Part shown: in pieces, positions 49,533 through 59,812 of the stretch
Layout: each line of letters begins with the position of its first letter
Numbering within the stretch: position 1 is the first letter of the stretch
Origin: a virus
Lineage: Duplodnaviria > Caudoviricetes
DNA: 64,000 nt
Virus record (IMG/VR): IMGVR_UViG_3300037067_027602
Coordinates: 92,498 to 156,497 of that record
Direction: 5' to 3' (one strand)
The notes under the pieces: generated by a model
Told to the model about the DNA's origin: nothing
The model's input: only the letters and a program-made list of their open reading frames with translations
The model's database searches: none
Program-made: the position numbers and the translations under genes

Positions 49533-49887
49533 CCGAGGCGAGGTGGCCACCGCCGACCGCTTCGCACAAACCCGGCGTCATACTACAACACCATATCATA
49601 GAATGAGATTTAAGTTTGGTTCCTGGGCGTCTGTTAGTGCTCATGCGGCTAGGAAAATGGATGACCCGAGTTCTGCAATAGAGCACGACTTGAATCTGGA
49701 GGAATATCCAGATGTGATGCAGAAATTTGAGGAAGCCTTTGCTCTGCTCAACCCAATCGTGGCGGCGCGGCTAGGGGCTGAGATCAAGCAAATGGAGTTT
49801 GACGACCAGGAGACGGCGGAAGAACCTATGGTTCTATGACCACCAAATTTTTCAAATCCGCTTAAAAATATAAAATAGGGGGAGCTC

Positions 49888-50659
49888 TTGAGAAAAACAG
49901 TGGTTTTCGTTGGAGACCCGCATTGCGGGGCGGCGCTGGGCCTGACCCCGCCGGCGTGGATGTCCGGCATGGCCTACCCCACGCTAAGGGCGTCCCAAAA
50001 GACGGCGTGGAATCTTTACGGGAAGATCGTGGGTAGGTTGGCGGGGCCGCATCTGCTGGTCGTCAACGGCGACGCGATAGAGGGGTTGGCCAGAAAGAAC
50101 CATGGGGTGGGGCTGCTCACCTCCGACCTTGACGAGCAGGTGAGGATCGCCGAGGCGTGCCTGTGGCCATGGAACGCCAAGAACATCCTGGTGACGGCCG
50201 GCACCAGATACCACACGGACGCCGAGGGGCAGAGCTACGAGGCGGTGCTGGCGAGGAACGTCGGGGCGGAGTACGGGCCGGAGCACCGGTTCTCCGTGAA
50301 CGGGCTGTCGTTCTACTGCCGCCACAAGATCGGCCGGTCCACGAACCCCCACGGGCGGCACACCCCATCGGCCAAGAGCCATATGCTCAACGAGCTCGAG
50401 GCCGCCGATGGAAAAGAGCCATTGGCAAAGATCATGGTCCATTCCCACGTCCACTATTTCTCCCGTTGCGGCGGGGACGGCTGGGAGGCCTTCACCACCC
50501 CCCTGTTTGCAGATCAACTCCTCCTACGGGATAATGGAGTGCGAGGGGCGGACGGACTGGGGCGTGATATGGTTCGTCGTCGAGGACGACGGTTCCTACG
50601 AGTTCAACAAGGAGATCGCCACCCCGGTGGTCTGGCGGAAGAAGAATAAAATTTACTAG
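49888..50659 (+). CDS. Calcineurin-like metallophosphoesterase, apparently frameshifted at ~50500
   Basis: GDPHCG, NGDAIEG, GTRYH, RH, HSHVH. The expected TTPCLQ...DWG C-terminus is in another frame after a C6 run. Confidence 0.7.
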
Positions 50660-50669
50660 GAGACGGGAA

Positions 50670-51365
50670 ATGCCGAACATCATCGACAAAGGGAAACTGG
50701 CGGAGGAGTTGAGGAAGCTTGCGAGGAAGGGCGACGGCAGGCGCCGCTGGAGCGACGAGATGGATCTGGCTGCCGCCGAGGCGGTCAACGCCGGCGGCGG
50801 GGTGGAGGAGGCGGCGATCGCCGCCAAGGGTGCCGCCCCGGCGGGTGCCCCGCCGGTCTCGCTCAGCTCCGTCCAGCACCGGCTGCGGGAGCTGAGGTTC
50901 CTGGTGAAGGCGGGGTCCGCCTGCGTGGCGGCGGCCATGTTGTGCTCCTGCTCCAGCGTCAGCCTGGCGTCCGTCGGGATGGACATGCCGGCGGAGGAGT
51001 CGGAGTCCGCATCGGGGCCGTCCCCGATGACCTTGCGAGGGGCGAGGAAGTGGGTAGTCGCCAGGGCGTCCGTCCCCGAGCTGGACATCGCCACCCTTCC
51101 GGTCGTGTCCGGGTCGGTGGACAGCCCCGGGGACATGGACTTCCTCAAAGCCAACGCCACTTTGGAAAACGCCCTGGCGATGGCCTGCGCGGGATGCTCC
51201 GACAAAGGGGTCACCGACGTCGTCTGCGTCGAGGTTGACAAGGCGGACAAGGCGGCGTTCTCCGGGCAGAACGAGATCATGCAGGCCCTGGGGTGCATAA
51301 TAAGGGTGAAAACGGTGGAAGTGTCGGTGGCCGCGGCCGTCCCGGAGCTTGAAAACAACCCCTGA
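50670..51365 (+). CDS. Hypothetical protein with an internal lipobox-like segment
   Basis: AGGAG RBS; CVAAAMLCSCSS in the middle of the ORF. Confidence 0.45.
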   Translation: MPNIIDKGKLAEELRKLARKGDGRRRWSDEMDLAAAEAVNAGGGVEEAAIAAKGAAPAGAPPVSLSSVQHRLRELRFLVKAGSACVAAAMLCSCSSVSLASVGMDMPAEESESASGPSPMTLRGARKWVVARASVPELDIATLPVVSGSVDSPGDMDFLKANATLENALAMACAGCSDKGVTDVVCVEVDKADKAAFSGQNEIMQALGCIIRVKTVEVSVAAAVPELENNP

Positions 51366-51394
51366 CGGGGCTATAGGAAGGCAAGGGCGGCTCC

Positions 51395-51670
51395 ATGGCG
51401 AGAAAGACACCTGTCAGCGACAGCTTCGAACAGGAATGGCTCGTGGGAGCCTGGAAAATCCTTCCGCTGAAAAAAGCGGACGGCGCCATAACCGCCCGCC
51501 CCTTCCAGAAAGGAAAAGAGATCCCCTTGGCGAACCAGGGGGATCTCGTCGGTCTCAAGGACGCCGACCTGCGGCGTTTCTTCTACCCCGTCCTCAAGAT
51601 GGGCGGCGGGGAGTTCCGGTGCGACCCGGGCAGGCCGCACCGGGCGGCGAGCTACTTCGAGGAAGCTTGA
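51395..51670 (+). CDS. Hypothetical protein
   Basis: 91 aa ORF ending at the strand convergence point. Confidence 0.5.
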   Translation: MARKTPVSDSFEQEWLVGAWKILPLKKADGAITARPFQKGKEIPLANQGDLVGLKDADLRRFFYPVLKMGGGEFRCDPGRPHRAASYFEEA

Positions 51671-51965
51671 CGCCGAGGACGTCCCTGGCGTACTCCGCCG
51701 CCGTCCTATCCACGCCGCCGGACTCCGGGAACCAAAACCTGATGGCCATCCTGGACGGGTCATCATCGGGCGACACCTCGAACCCCGGAACCCCGTTCGC
51801 CGTCATCGGGCGGACGGTGGCCGTGCTGGACGACATCCCGTCCGGGCCCCTCAAGGATAGTTTGTGCGCCCCTCCCGGGGCCGCCCATGCCACCGGTGAA
51901 GCCAGCCCCAGCCGCTCGAAGGCGTTCGCCAGGGCGCTGGCCACCGTAGCGGCGGAGGCGGGCAT
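51594..51965 (-). CDS. Hypothetical protein
   Basis: Start overlaps the stop of the RdgC-like gene. Confidence 0.4.
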   Translation of the reverse strand: MPASAATVASALANAFERLGLASPVAWAAPGGAHKLSLRGPDGMSSSTATVRPMTANGVPGFEVSPDDDPSRMAIRFWFPESGGVDRTAAEYARDVLGVKLPRSSSPPGAACPGRTGTPRRPS

Positions 51966-53020
51966 CAGCCCACCCCCTTCGCCCAGTCGAAGACTTTGCG
52001 GGCCGTCTCCCCGTCCTTCCAGGAGGCGACGAACTTGTCTGCCAGCTTGTCCAGGAAGCCGACCAGCTCCACGGACGCCTGGATGCGGTCGACGAACATC
52101 GACGCGTCGTCGAGATCTTCCGAATCCGGCAGCTCGACGCCACGGAGCGCCGCGTTGGACGACTCCAGGCGGAATTTCCAGATCTCCTTCCCCCTGGCGA
52201 GGACGAAGGCGGCGGACACCGGGACGAGCCCGTCCCTAAGGGCGTCCTTGGCGATCCGGCTGCAGGACGGGCTTGCCCCGGACACGGACGCCAGATGGTT
52301 TCCGCCGGAAAACTTTATTTTGCCGTCGAGGATCCCTATCTGGACGTCTTCTAATACGTCCCCGTCGGTCTCGGAGAGCCACCACATCCAGAGGACGAGG
52401 TCGGCCGCGGGGTCGGAGCCGTCGCTGAGGTCGTCGAGCCCGTCATAGCCGCGGAATCCCGCCCATCCGTCGGCGTACGCCGCCCCCATCACTTTTTTGA
52501 ACGGTGAGAGGCTGGAGCAGGAAAAACCATCGCCGACGTCCCCCAGCATCTTGCAGACGACGGAGTCCACTTTCCTGGGGGAGGAGTTGCAGACGAACCC
52601 GGTCTTCGACGCCAGATCCACCGCCACCTCGACGCCGGACACCGCCGGCGGGGCCGCCTTGGTAAGCTCCTCGACGATCCCAGCGCGCAGCTCCGCCCTG
52701 ATCTTTCTTGGGCAGAAGGGGCAGTTGTTCTCCTTGTTGTACCGGAGAACGGCCTCCTCCAACCTGGCCTTCACCATGCCCGCCTGGGGGCGGCGCTTGA
52801 TGGAGCGGAGGGAGAAATGCGCGACGCCGCCCACCTTGATGCCATCGGCGTCGAACCCGCGGGAGAGGAGCCGGGCGCATTTCACCCAGCCGTCCGGCGG
52901 GTCGTTGACGTTCTCGAGATGGGCGGGCGTCCCCTGGTTCGCCGCCAAACGGGACTCCCACATGGGCGGAAGGTTGAATTTGAACGGGGCGAAGTTGACT
53001 TTACCTTTTACCAAGCTCAT
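51965..53020 (-). CDS. rdgC: RdgC-like recombination-associated DNA-binding protein
   Basis: GWV...FSLRSIKRRPQAGMVKARLEE...ELRAGIVEEL.K.APP...DL...GFV.NSS pattern. Confidence 0.6.
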   Translation of the reverse strand: MSLVKGKVNFAPFKFNLPPMWESRLAANQGTPAHLENVNDPPDGWVKCARLLSRGFDADGIKVGGVAHFSLRSIKRRPQAGMVKARLEEAVLRYNKENNCPFCPRKIRAELRAGIVEELTKAAPPAVSGVEVAVDLASKTGFVCNSSPRKVDSVVCKMLGDVGDGFSCSSLSPFKKVMGAAYADGWAGFRGYDGLDDLSDGSDPAADLVLWMWWLSETDGDVLEDVQIGILDGKIKFSGGNHLASVSGASPSCSRIAKDALRDGLVPVSAAFVLARGKEIWKFRLESSNAALRGVELPDSEDLDDASMFVDRIQASVELVGFLDKLADKFVASWKDGETARKVFDWAKGVG

Positions 53021-53273
53021 CGCGGTCTCCTTTGTCCTTTTTCTTGTTTCGTTGGTATTTTCCGAAGGCCCGGTCCCATCCGTCCCGGTATCTCCTATCG
53101 TTTCCGGGGCGTCTTCTGTCCCCTTTCCCTGCCATGGCGTCCTCCTGGTGTTATTCCAGAAATATATCTTGGAAAAAATTTATTTGCAAGCGTGAATTTT
53201 TTTTTTGGACACTTATATTTGTTCTCTCAGAAGCGGAATATAGTTTTTTAACCAAGGAAAAAGGAATCGGGAC

Positions 53274-53918
53274 ATGAGCGAGAGAAAAAGGAAAACGGCC
53301 GAAGCGGCTCAACCGAAGAAAACGCCGGAAACGTTCCATCGCATGCTTGGCAGGGCTTTGGACATATCCGTCTCCGTGAAGCTGGGCTCGGACGACGCCG
53401 GGAGGCTGGAGATCGTCGGCCTGGACAAAGACGACAACATGGCGGCCTCGCTGGAGAGGAGCCCCTGGGTTGACCCCCGCCCCTCCTGGGACGAGTATTT
53501 CCTGGGGATCTGCGAGGCCGTGAGCAAGCGCTCCATCGACTCCGAGACCAAGCACGGGGCGGTATTCGTGGACCAGCGCCATAACATCGTGGCCACCGGA
53601 TACAACGGCCCGCTCGCTGGGATCGACGACTCCAAGGTGCCCGTCACACGCCCGGCCAAATACCCCCATATGGCGCACGCCGAGGCGAACTGCGTGGCGC
53701 AGGCCGCCTCCCGTGGCGTCGCCGTCCTTGGCTCGGTCGCCTACGTCACCGGGATGCCCTGCCCCGCCTGCATGCAGCTGATGCTCCAGTCGGGTGTCGC
53801 CAGGGTGGTGTGCGGCCCGCGCTCCTCCGCCTGCGTGGACGAGGGGCAGAGGAAATTGTCGTTGGAGAAAGCCGGGGCGAAGGGCGTACCCGTCGAGTTC
53901 TTCGGGGTGGAGCGTTGA
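53274..53918 (+). CDS. dCMP deaminase
   Basis: RPSWDEYFL, KHGAVFV, ATGYNG, HAEAN, YVTGMPCPACM. Confidence 0.9.
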   Translation: MSERKRKTAEAAQPKKTPETFHRMLGRALDISVSVKLGSDDAGRLEIVGLDKDDNMAASLERSPWVDPRPSWDEYFLGICEAVSKRSIDSETKHGAVFVDQRHNIVATGYNGPLAGIDDSKVPVTRPAKYPHMAHAEANCVAQAASRGVAVLGSVAYVTGMPCPACMQLMLQSGVARVVCGPRSSACVDEGQRKLSLEKAGAKGVPVEFFGVER

Positions 53919-54129
53919 AGCGGCCGGCGGTTTTCAGGGGCGGGTCCCTCGACGGCAGGGGGATGGACCTGGAAAGCTCCACCATCACGAAGATGGTGGA
54001 GGTCGGCGGGCGGACGGAGATCTACCGGCGCACCGGAAGGCGGGTGTCCGTGGAGGGGCCGGGGAAGACCAGGATGGAGGCCGTCGTCTTCCGTTTCGAG
54101 AGGAGCGTGGAGAAAACCGGGGAAAAAGT

Positions 54130-54158
54130 TTGACGCGGGGGCGGGCGGGAGATATATT
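54130..54158 (+). promoter_or_regulatory. Sigma70-type promoter upstream of recQ
   Basis: TTGACG-N17-TATATT. Confidence 0.55.
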
Positions 54159-54279
54159 GCCCCTATGAAACCCCGGGGCTCGCCGGCACCCCACGGCCAG
54201 CCCCATCCTCGCCCCCTCCCGGCCTCTCCCCTTGGCCGGCGAGGGGGCACTTTTTCAAAGCTAACCAGACAGGCATACC

Positions 54280-55845
54280 ATGGCAAAAAATTCAGGATGC
54301 GAAAAATTCACGTCGTCCGCGGACATAGACGACTTCCTCTCCTCCGTCCCCGAGCCCCAGGCGCGCGGGGAGGGGGCCGTGTCCGCCGATCTGGAGGAGT
54401 TCTTCTCCCACGGCGTGGTGACCCCGGAGGAGACCTTGAAGCGGTGCTTCGGGTTCGACTCCTTCAGGGAGGGGCAGCGCGGCGCCGTCGTCTCCATCAT
54501 GGCGGGCGAGGAGCTCTGCTGCGTCATGCCCACGGGCTACGGGAAGTCGCTGTGCTACCAGCTGCCTTCCGTGGCCAGGCCCGGCTACGCCGTGGTCGTC
54601 TCCCCACTCATCTCGCTGATGGTCGACCAGGTGGCGGCCCTGGAGGGGCGCGGCGTCCACGCCGCCTTCATCAACAGCACGCAGAAACCCGCCGAGCAGG
54701 CCGAGGTTTTCAGGAACGTGGAGGACGGCAAAGTCAAGCTGCTCTACGTCGCCCCGGAGCGGTTCGACTCCGACAATTTCATTTCCCTCGCCGAGCGTCT
54801 GCCCCCCTCCATGGTCACCGTGGACGAGGCGCACTGCGTCAGCCAGTGGGGGCACGACTTCCGCCCCTCCTACGCGAGGCTGGGGGAGACGCTGGAGAAG
54901 CTGGGGATCAAGCAGGTTCAGGCCTTCACGGCCACGGCCACCGCCAGGGTGCGCCAGGACATCGCCAAGATGCTGCGCCGGCCGGGGATGAGGGAGATGC
55001 TCCATGGCTTCGCCCGCCCCAACCTGCGTTTCGCCGTCCGTTCCATGAAAGACCGACGGGCGCGGGAGGACTTCTTCCGCCACCTGCCGAAGGGCGGCGG
55101 GGCGACAATCGTCTACGCCCCCACCAGGAAAGGGGTCGACATGCTGGCCCAGACCATCAAGGGGAGCATCCCCTACCACGCCGGCATGTCGGACAAGGAC
55201 AGGATGAAGGCCCAGGCGCGGTTCATGGACGACAAAAACCCCGTCCTCGTGGCCACCTGCGCCTTCGGCATGGGCATCGACCGCGGGGACGTCCGGCGGG
55301 TATACCACCTCGGCTACCCCGGCTCCCTGGAGTCCTACTACCAGGAGGCGGGCAGGGCGGGGCGCGACGGCGATGACGCCCTCTGCGAGATGGTGGTGTG
55401 CTCCGGCGACTCGTTCATCCACAAATTTTTCATGGACATCAAGTTCCCCCCGGTGCAGTGCCTGGCCAAAGTCTGGGACTACCTGCGGGGCGAGGACGGG
55501 ATCTACGACGCCTACCCCGACAAGATCTCGGACATGACCGGCGTCGAACCGCCGAAGGTCACCGGCTGCCTGAACGTCCTGGAGCACGACGGCTTCCTCA
55601 GGAAGGTCATGGCCAGGATGGACAGGGACGGACGCAGGGTGGTCGTGGAGGATTCGGGGAGGGAGGTGACGGAGCTCGACCTGGAGGGGCTGGCCGAGCG
55701 GCGCTGCCAGGACGAGGCGAGGATCAGGACGATGGAGCGTTACGTCGCCTCGTCGAAGTGCCGGCAGCGGGAGATCCTGGAGTATTTCGGCGACCGCTCG
55801 ATGGAGGGGTCGGGGTGCGGCTCCTGCGACAAGTGCCGCCCCTGA
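54280..55845 (+). CDS. recQ: RecQ-family DNA helicase
   Basis: MPTGYGKSLCYQLP, SPLISLM.DQ, VDEAHCVSQWGHDFRPSY, TATA, AFGMGID, YYQEAGRAGRDG, CRQREILEYFG...CGSCDKC. Confidence 0.95.
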   Translation: MAKNSGCEKFTSSADIDDFLSSVPEPQARGEGAVSADLEEFFSHGVVTPEETLKRCFGFDSFREGQRGAVVSIMAGEELCCVMPTGYGKSLCYQLPSVARPGYAVVVSPLISLMVDQVAALEGRGVHAAFINSTQKPAEQAEVFRNVEDGKVKLLYVAPERFDSDNFISLAERLPPSMVTVDEAHCVSQWGHDFRPSYARLGETLEKLGIKQVQAFTATATARVRQDIAKMLRRPGMREMLHGFARPNLRFAVRSMKDRRAREDFFRHLPKGGGATIVYAPTRKGVDMLAQTIKGSIPYHAGMSDKDRMKAQARFMDDKNPVLVATCAFGMGIDRGDVRRVYHLGYPGSLESYYQEAGRAGRDGDDALCEMVVCSGDSFIHKFFMDIKFPPVQCLAKVWDYLRGEDGIYDAYPDKISDMTGVEPPKVTGCLNVLEHDGFLRKVMARMDRDGRRVVVEDSGREVTELDLEGLAERRCQDEARIRTMERYVASSKCRQREILEYFGDRSMEGSGCGSCDKCRP

Positions 55846-55895
55846 GGGTTGGACGATGAAAGACCATGGCCGCCTCCGGGCGGCCTTTTTCGTCC

Positions 55896-56633
55896 CTAGC
55901 CGATTTTGACGGGCGGGGTGCCGGGGAACGGCAGGGACACCAGCAGCAAGTTCCTGGACACCGTGGCCTTGTCCCCGGAGATCCTCAGCCACACCTTGGA
56001 AGTCCTGGGGATCTCGTTCCTGACGAACTTGACGGCGGTCTGCTCGGCCACCCGGTACACCCCCGGCACCTCGTCGGAGACGCAGCCGCCTATGGCCTTG
56101 ACCCAGCGCCAGAGGGACGGGGGCACGCCCTTGTCCCGGAGGACGCGGGCGGCGTTCCAGAAAGTCCTGTCCAGGGGGTCGAGAACCCTCACCCTTTCGT
56201 TGACGCATTGGAGCATGTCCTTGTCGCCGCTGGCGATTACATGGTTTCCAGGGATGTCCAAACATGCTCTGGCCATGGTGTCGTCGGCCTCGAAGCCGAC
56301 CTCCATCGCCACCGCGCGCCCGGAGCGGCGCAGGACTGCGGGGATAAAGGCGACCTGGCGGTGGATCTCGTCGCGGTCTGACATGTCCTTCTCGCCCCTG
56401 GAGCCGTCGGAGCGGCCAATCTTGTACTCGGGGAAGATTTCCCTGCGGAGGTTTTCCCCGCCGTCGAAATGGAACAGGGCTGACGACGCCCCCGCCATCC
56501 TGGACAGATCCTCCGACATCGACAGGAGGGAATTGAGGCAGACGCCGTCAAGCCGCTTCCCGGCCGCTTTCGCGGAGTGGTAGCCGATGGAGCAGACGTT
56601 CATGACGTCTATATGTATGATGGACATCGCCAA
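55896..56633 (-). CDS. 5'-3' exonuclease / flap endonuclease (PolA N-terminal type)
   Basis: RREIFPEYK, FEADD, SGDKDMLQ, SDEVPGV. Confidence 0.85.
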   Translation of the reverse strand: MAMSIIHIDVMNVCSIGYHSAKAAGKRLDGVCLNSLLSMSEDLSRMAGASSALFHFDGGENLRREIFPEYKIGRSDGSRGEKDMSDRDEIHRQVAFIPAVLRRSGRAVAMEVGFEADDTMARACLDIPGNHVIASGDKDMLQCVNERVRVLDPLDRTFWNAARVLRDKGVPPSLWRWVKAIGGCVSDEVPGVYRVAEQTAVKFVRNEIPRTSKVWLRISGDKATVSRNLLLVSLPFPGTPPVKIG

Positions 56634-56636
56634 CCT

Positions 56637-57488
56637 CTATTCCACGGAAAGTATTCTTTCCCAAGCTTTGATCGTTTTCTCTTTTTCGTACTGGAGCCCG
56701 CACTTCATCATATGTTTTTCCATCTCGCTTTTCATGATGCGGTCTTTATCCACGGGCTCTATTTCTGGGGTTCCGAGATATGGAAGCGTCATTATAATCA
56801 AATTCATCTTAATTTTATCGGCCTCTTTCGAAATCAACTCCAAGAATCTCGACCCTCCTTCCAACTCCCCCCTGACATAGCTCACCGCCGTCTGCTCCCC
56901 TATTCCGTCTATCTTCCAGAAATCGTTCGACGAGTGCCCTCCCACCGCCAGCACCATGGGCCAATCCTTTGGGGACACCCCCTTCTCCCTCATGAAACGA
57001 GTAGGGGTCCAGAGGCAATCCCTTTTCCAGTCCAACATGCTGACTTTTTTGGAAAGGCATTGGAGCATGTCCCTGTCGCCGCTCAGGATGACGTGCCCCC
57101 CGGGCTGCGTCGAAACCGCCCTTGCTATCAAATCCTCCCTTTCATATCCAGGGAAGGAATGCACCGCGGACATCCCCATCCCCCGCAGTTGCCCCTCCAA
57201 TGCTTTAACCTGCCTTTTCGCCTCGTCCACCCCGAGCTTATGGAGCTCGTTCTTGAATTTTTTCCTTTTCTTCCATTTGTGCGCCTTGCGGTAACCATCG
57301 CGGAGGTTTCCCGTCCCGTCAAAATAGAACGCCACCTTGTCGCAACCGGTGCCGTGGCATATCTCAGGGATATGCCTGAGGACGCCCTCCAACACCGCCG
57401 TCTTGTATTTGTCGGCGTTATATCCTTTTATGTAGGCGAAATAATGGGAGACGCCAAAATTGACGGTGTCCACGTGCAATGTCCTCAT
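56637..57488 (-). CDS. Second, divergent 5'-3' exonuclease paralogue
   Basis: YFDG, YEREDLIA, SGDRDMLQ, IDGIGEQTA. Confidence 0.75.
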   Translation of the reverse strand: MRTLHVDTVNFGVSHYFAYIKGYNADKYKTAVLEGVLRHIPEICHGTGCDKVAFYFDGTGNLRDGYRKAHKWKKRKKFKNELHKLGVDEAKRQVKALEGQLRGMGMSAVHSFPGYEREDLIARAVSTQPGGHVILSGDRDMLQCLSKKVSMLDWKRDCLWTPTRFMREKGVSPKDWPMVLAVGGHSSNDFWKIDGIGEQTAVSYVRGELEGGSRFLELISKEADKIKMNLIIMTLPYLGTPEIEPVDKDRIMKSEMEKHMMKCGLQYEKEKTIKAWERILSVE

Positions 57489-59227
57489 GCGGCCTCAGCC
57501 TCCTTTTTCCTTTTTTCCGACCTTTTCTTCCTCTCCTCCTCCACTTGCCTGCGGCGATCCTTCCAAAGACGGTCGGTGAGCCTGCACTCCTCGAAATAAG
57601 CCTTGCGGCATTCCATCACCCACAAGGACAGGCCGTTCATTCTCCGGGCGTACTCGGCGTACTGCTCCGGAGGTAGATACCCGACGGAATTCTTCCATTC
57701 CGCCAGCGAGGAAACTTGCCGTTTGGCCATGTTCAGGCAGCTGCGTTTTTGGTCCTCCTCCCAGCGGCGCCGATATTCCCTCCTGGACAAATGCCTCCTG
57801 GACTTCATGAATTTGCGGTCCGGGGAATCCTCCCTGATCTCCGGGAGCGGCTCGCCGTCCCCCGGCGGCTGGATCTCCTTCACCGCAATGTCCATGCCGA
57901 ACATCTCCTTGAAAAGGCGTTGCATCATCGTCTTGTATTTCGCCCCGTCCCCCTGCGGGCAGAGGAGCCCGTCATGGAGGATCAGCACGAACTCCCCTTG
58001 CCTGGCCGCCTCGATGGACACCCTCATCATCAGGTCCGACTCCATCCTCTGGAAAACCACGCCCCAGCTGCCCGCCCCTATGAACCCGGACGCCCATGGG
58101 TTGGCCTTGACGAAACCGATCAGGATCTTCTTCCCGGACACCGGTTTTCCGGAGTCCTCCATCCTGGAGAGCATTTCCTTCAACGCGGGGTCGTTCTCCG
58201 CGGCGTTCAGGATGAACTTGTCGGCGGCGAGACCCGCCAAATGGATGTTCTTGTTGCTCAGCCCCACGTTCACGGAAGCCTTCACCACGGCTTTCACGAG
58301 ATCCTTGTCCTCCCCCTCCAGCCCCTCCGGGATGTGCCCATACGGATTGAACGCCCCTTGCCCCACCGCTTTCTCCGCCGCCTCCCTGGCGGCCTTCTTC
58401 GATTCCCTGCCCCTTCCGGAGCGGGCCGCCGCCAGGGCCATGGTGATATGGATGGAGGAGAAGTCTAGCTCGACGAGCTTCTTCCCGTCTATCCGCAGGA
58501 ACCTGCGCTCGGCGCGGGTGAGGCTCTGCCACGGGGCGTATTGCCGTCCGCCATGGTTTAAATTTTTGCCCGGCTCCTGCTCCCCGGCGTCGTTGAAAAC
58601 CCTCCTGGTCTTGGTCAGGACCACGTCCTCCCCATAGGTGACGACATGCCTTTCCGATTCGCAGTTCACCAGGTCGAGCTCGGCCGCAAGGCGTTTCACC
58701 CCCTCGATATTGCCCAGGGTGGGGAAAATGATCCTTTTTTTCGAGTCCTTCAGCACGACAGGAGAGTCGAGGAGGTCGAGGATGGGGGTTGCGGCGGGCG
58801 ACGGGACGACCTCGGTCAACCTCCGCCCCTCGTCCCTGTACCCCCCCACCTTGACGGCCACCATCCCGTCGGCGGCTATGTCCGAAAGCACCCCCCTCAT
58901 GAAAGAGGGGGTGCATCCATAGATCTTCTTCCACGGATGGCCGCAAGCCCCCTTGATCTTTTTCCCCGAGTCGTTGACGTACCCCCTCCTGCCGCCGTAG
59001 TTCTTCTGGGGGTTGAACCCCATCAGCAGCGTGTTGCCGCGGCGCCTGCTCATGGAGAGGGAGTACATCACCACGCCCACGGCGTGGAGGTATTTGCCGG
59101 CGTTGAAATTTCCCTTGCCGGGCCTGGAGAGCTGGCGGGAGACGAAAGGGCACATCCCGCGGATCATGGCCACCGCGTCCCCGGGGAGTTCCCCGGACAC
59201 GTCCACCGCATAGTTTATTTTGGCCAT
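57485..59227 (-). CDS. Family-A polymerase-like (PolA/T7 RNAP palm) protein
   Basis: GGRQY..WQ, motif A VELDFSS, QRMESDLM, motif C LILHDGLL; no 3'-5' exonuclease domain recognised. Confidence 0.65.
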   Translation of the reverse strand: MAKINYAVDVSGELPGDAVAMIRGMCPFVSRQLSRPGKGNFNAGKYLHAVGVVMYSLSMSRRRGNTLLMGFNPQKNYGGRRGYVNDSGKKIKGACGHPWKKIYGCTPSFMRGVLSDIAADGMVAVKVGGYRDEGRRLTEVVPSPAATPILDLLDSPVVLKDSKKRIIFPTLGNIEGVKRLAAELDLVNCESERHVVTYGEDVVLTKTRRVFNDAGEQEPGKNLNHGGRQYAPWQSLTRAERRFLRIDGKKLVELDFSSIHITMALAAARSGRGRESKKAAREAAEKAVGQGAFNPYGHIPEGLEGEDKDLVKAVVKASVNVGLSNKNIHLAGLAADKFILNAAENDPALKEMLSRMEDSGKPVSGKKILIGFVKANPWASGFIGAGSWGVVFQRMESDLMMRVSIEAARQGEFVLILHDGLLCPQGDGAKYKTMMQRLFKEMFGMDIAVKEIQPPGDGEPLPEIREDSPDRKFMKSRRHLSRREYRRRWEEDQKRSCLNMAKRQVSSLAEWKNSVGYLPPEQYAEYARRMNGLSLWVMECRKAYFEECRLTDRLWKDRRRQVEEERKKRSEKRKKEAEAA

Positions 59228-59341
59228 CTCCGTGATCCTTCGTTTGCCACGGAGTCAATATAAACCGGCGGCGGCGGCGGCGCAAACCGTTTTTCGAAAA
59301 AAAATCTCCGACGCCCTCCCCCAGCCTCGGAAATCCAAACC

Positions 59342-59568
59342 TTTACACCTAATGTTCCACCCGGATGGGCTACTTGTAGCGCGTCTTGCGGTAGCTGCGC
59401 TCATGTGCCCTAGGCGGGTGGAAGCTTTTTTTTTTACGCGTGCGCATGCGACGAGCGTAGCGAGGAGTGTGCGCTTGCCTTGGTTGGCCGTTCGTTCGGC
59501 CGCTTGCAATCCACCCCTTTGGGTGGCAGGTTATGTTGCAGCCCAACGGGGGAGCCGTCGGGTGTAAA
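59342..59568. other. Highly structured intergenic element (ncRNA or hairpin origin)
   Basis: Outer inverted repeat TTTACACC/GGTGTAAA enclosing several nested stems and a T10 run. Confidence 0.45.
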
Positions 59569-59589
59569 CTTTCACAAGGAGCGAAAGAC

Positions 59590-59799
59590 ATGCCGGCGGT
59601 GGAGTTCAGCGTCAACATAGCGTTGTCGGTCCCGTCCATGGGAGAGGCGTCGCCCGCCACGGGGACGTTGTCGCCCATGGACGACGGCATGGCGAGGCTG
59701 TCGTTCGCCGTGGACGGCTCCGGCATGGAACTGGAATTCAACCCGAAGGCCATGCGCGCCGCGCTCGACGCCATAGCGGCCTTCGGCAACTCTAGATAG
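59590..59799 (+). CDS. Small hypothetical protein
   Basis: AAGGAG RBS. Confidence 0.5.
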   Translation: MPAVEFSVNIALSVPSMGEASPATGTLSPMDDGMARLSFAVDGSGMELEFNPKAMRAALDAIAAFGNSR

Positions 59800-59812
59800 G
59801 AAGGACCACGCC

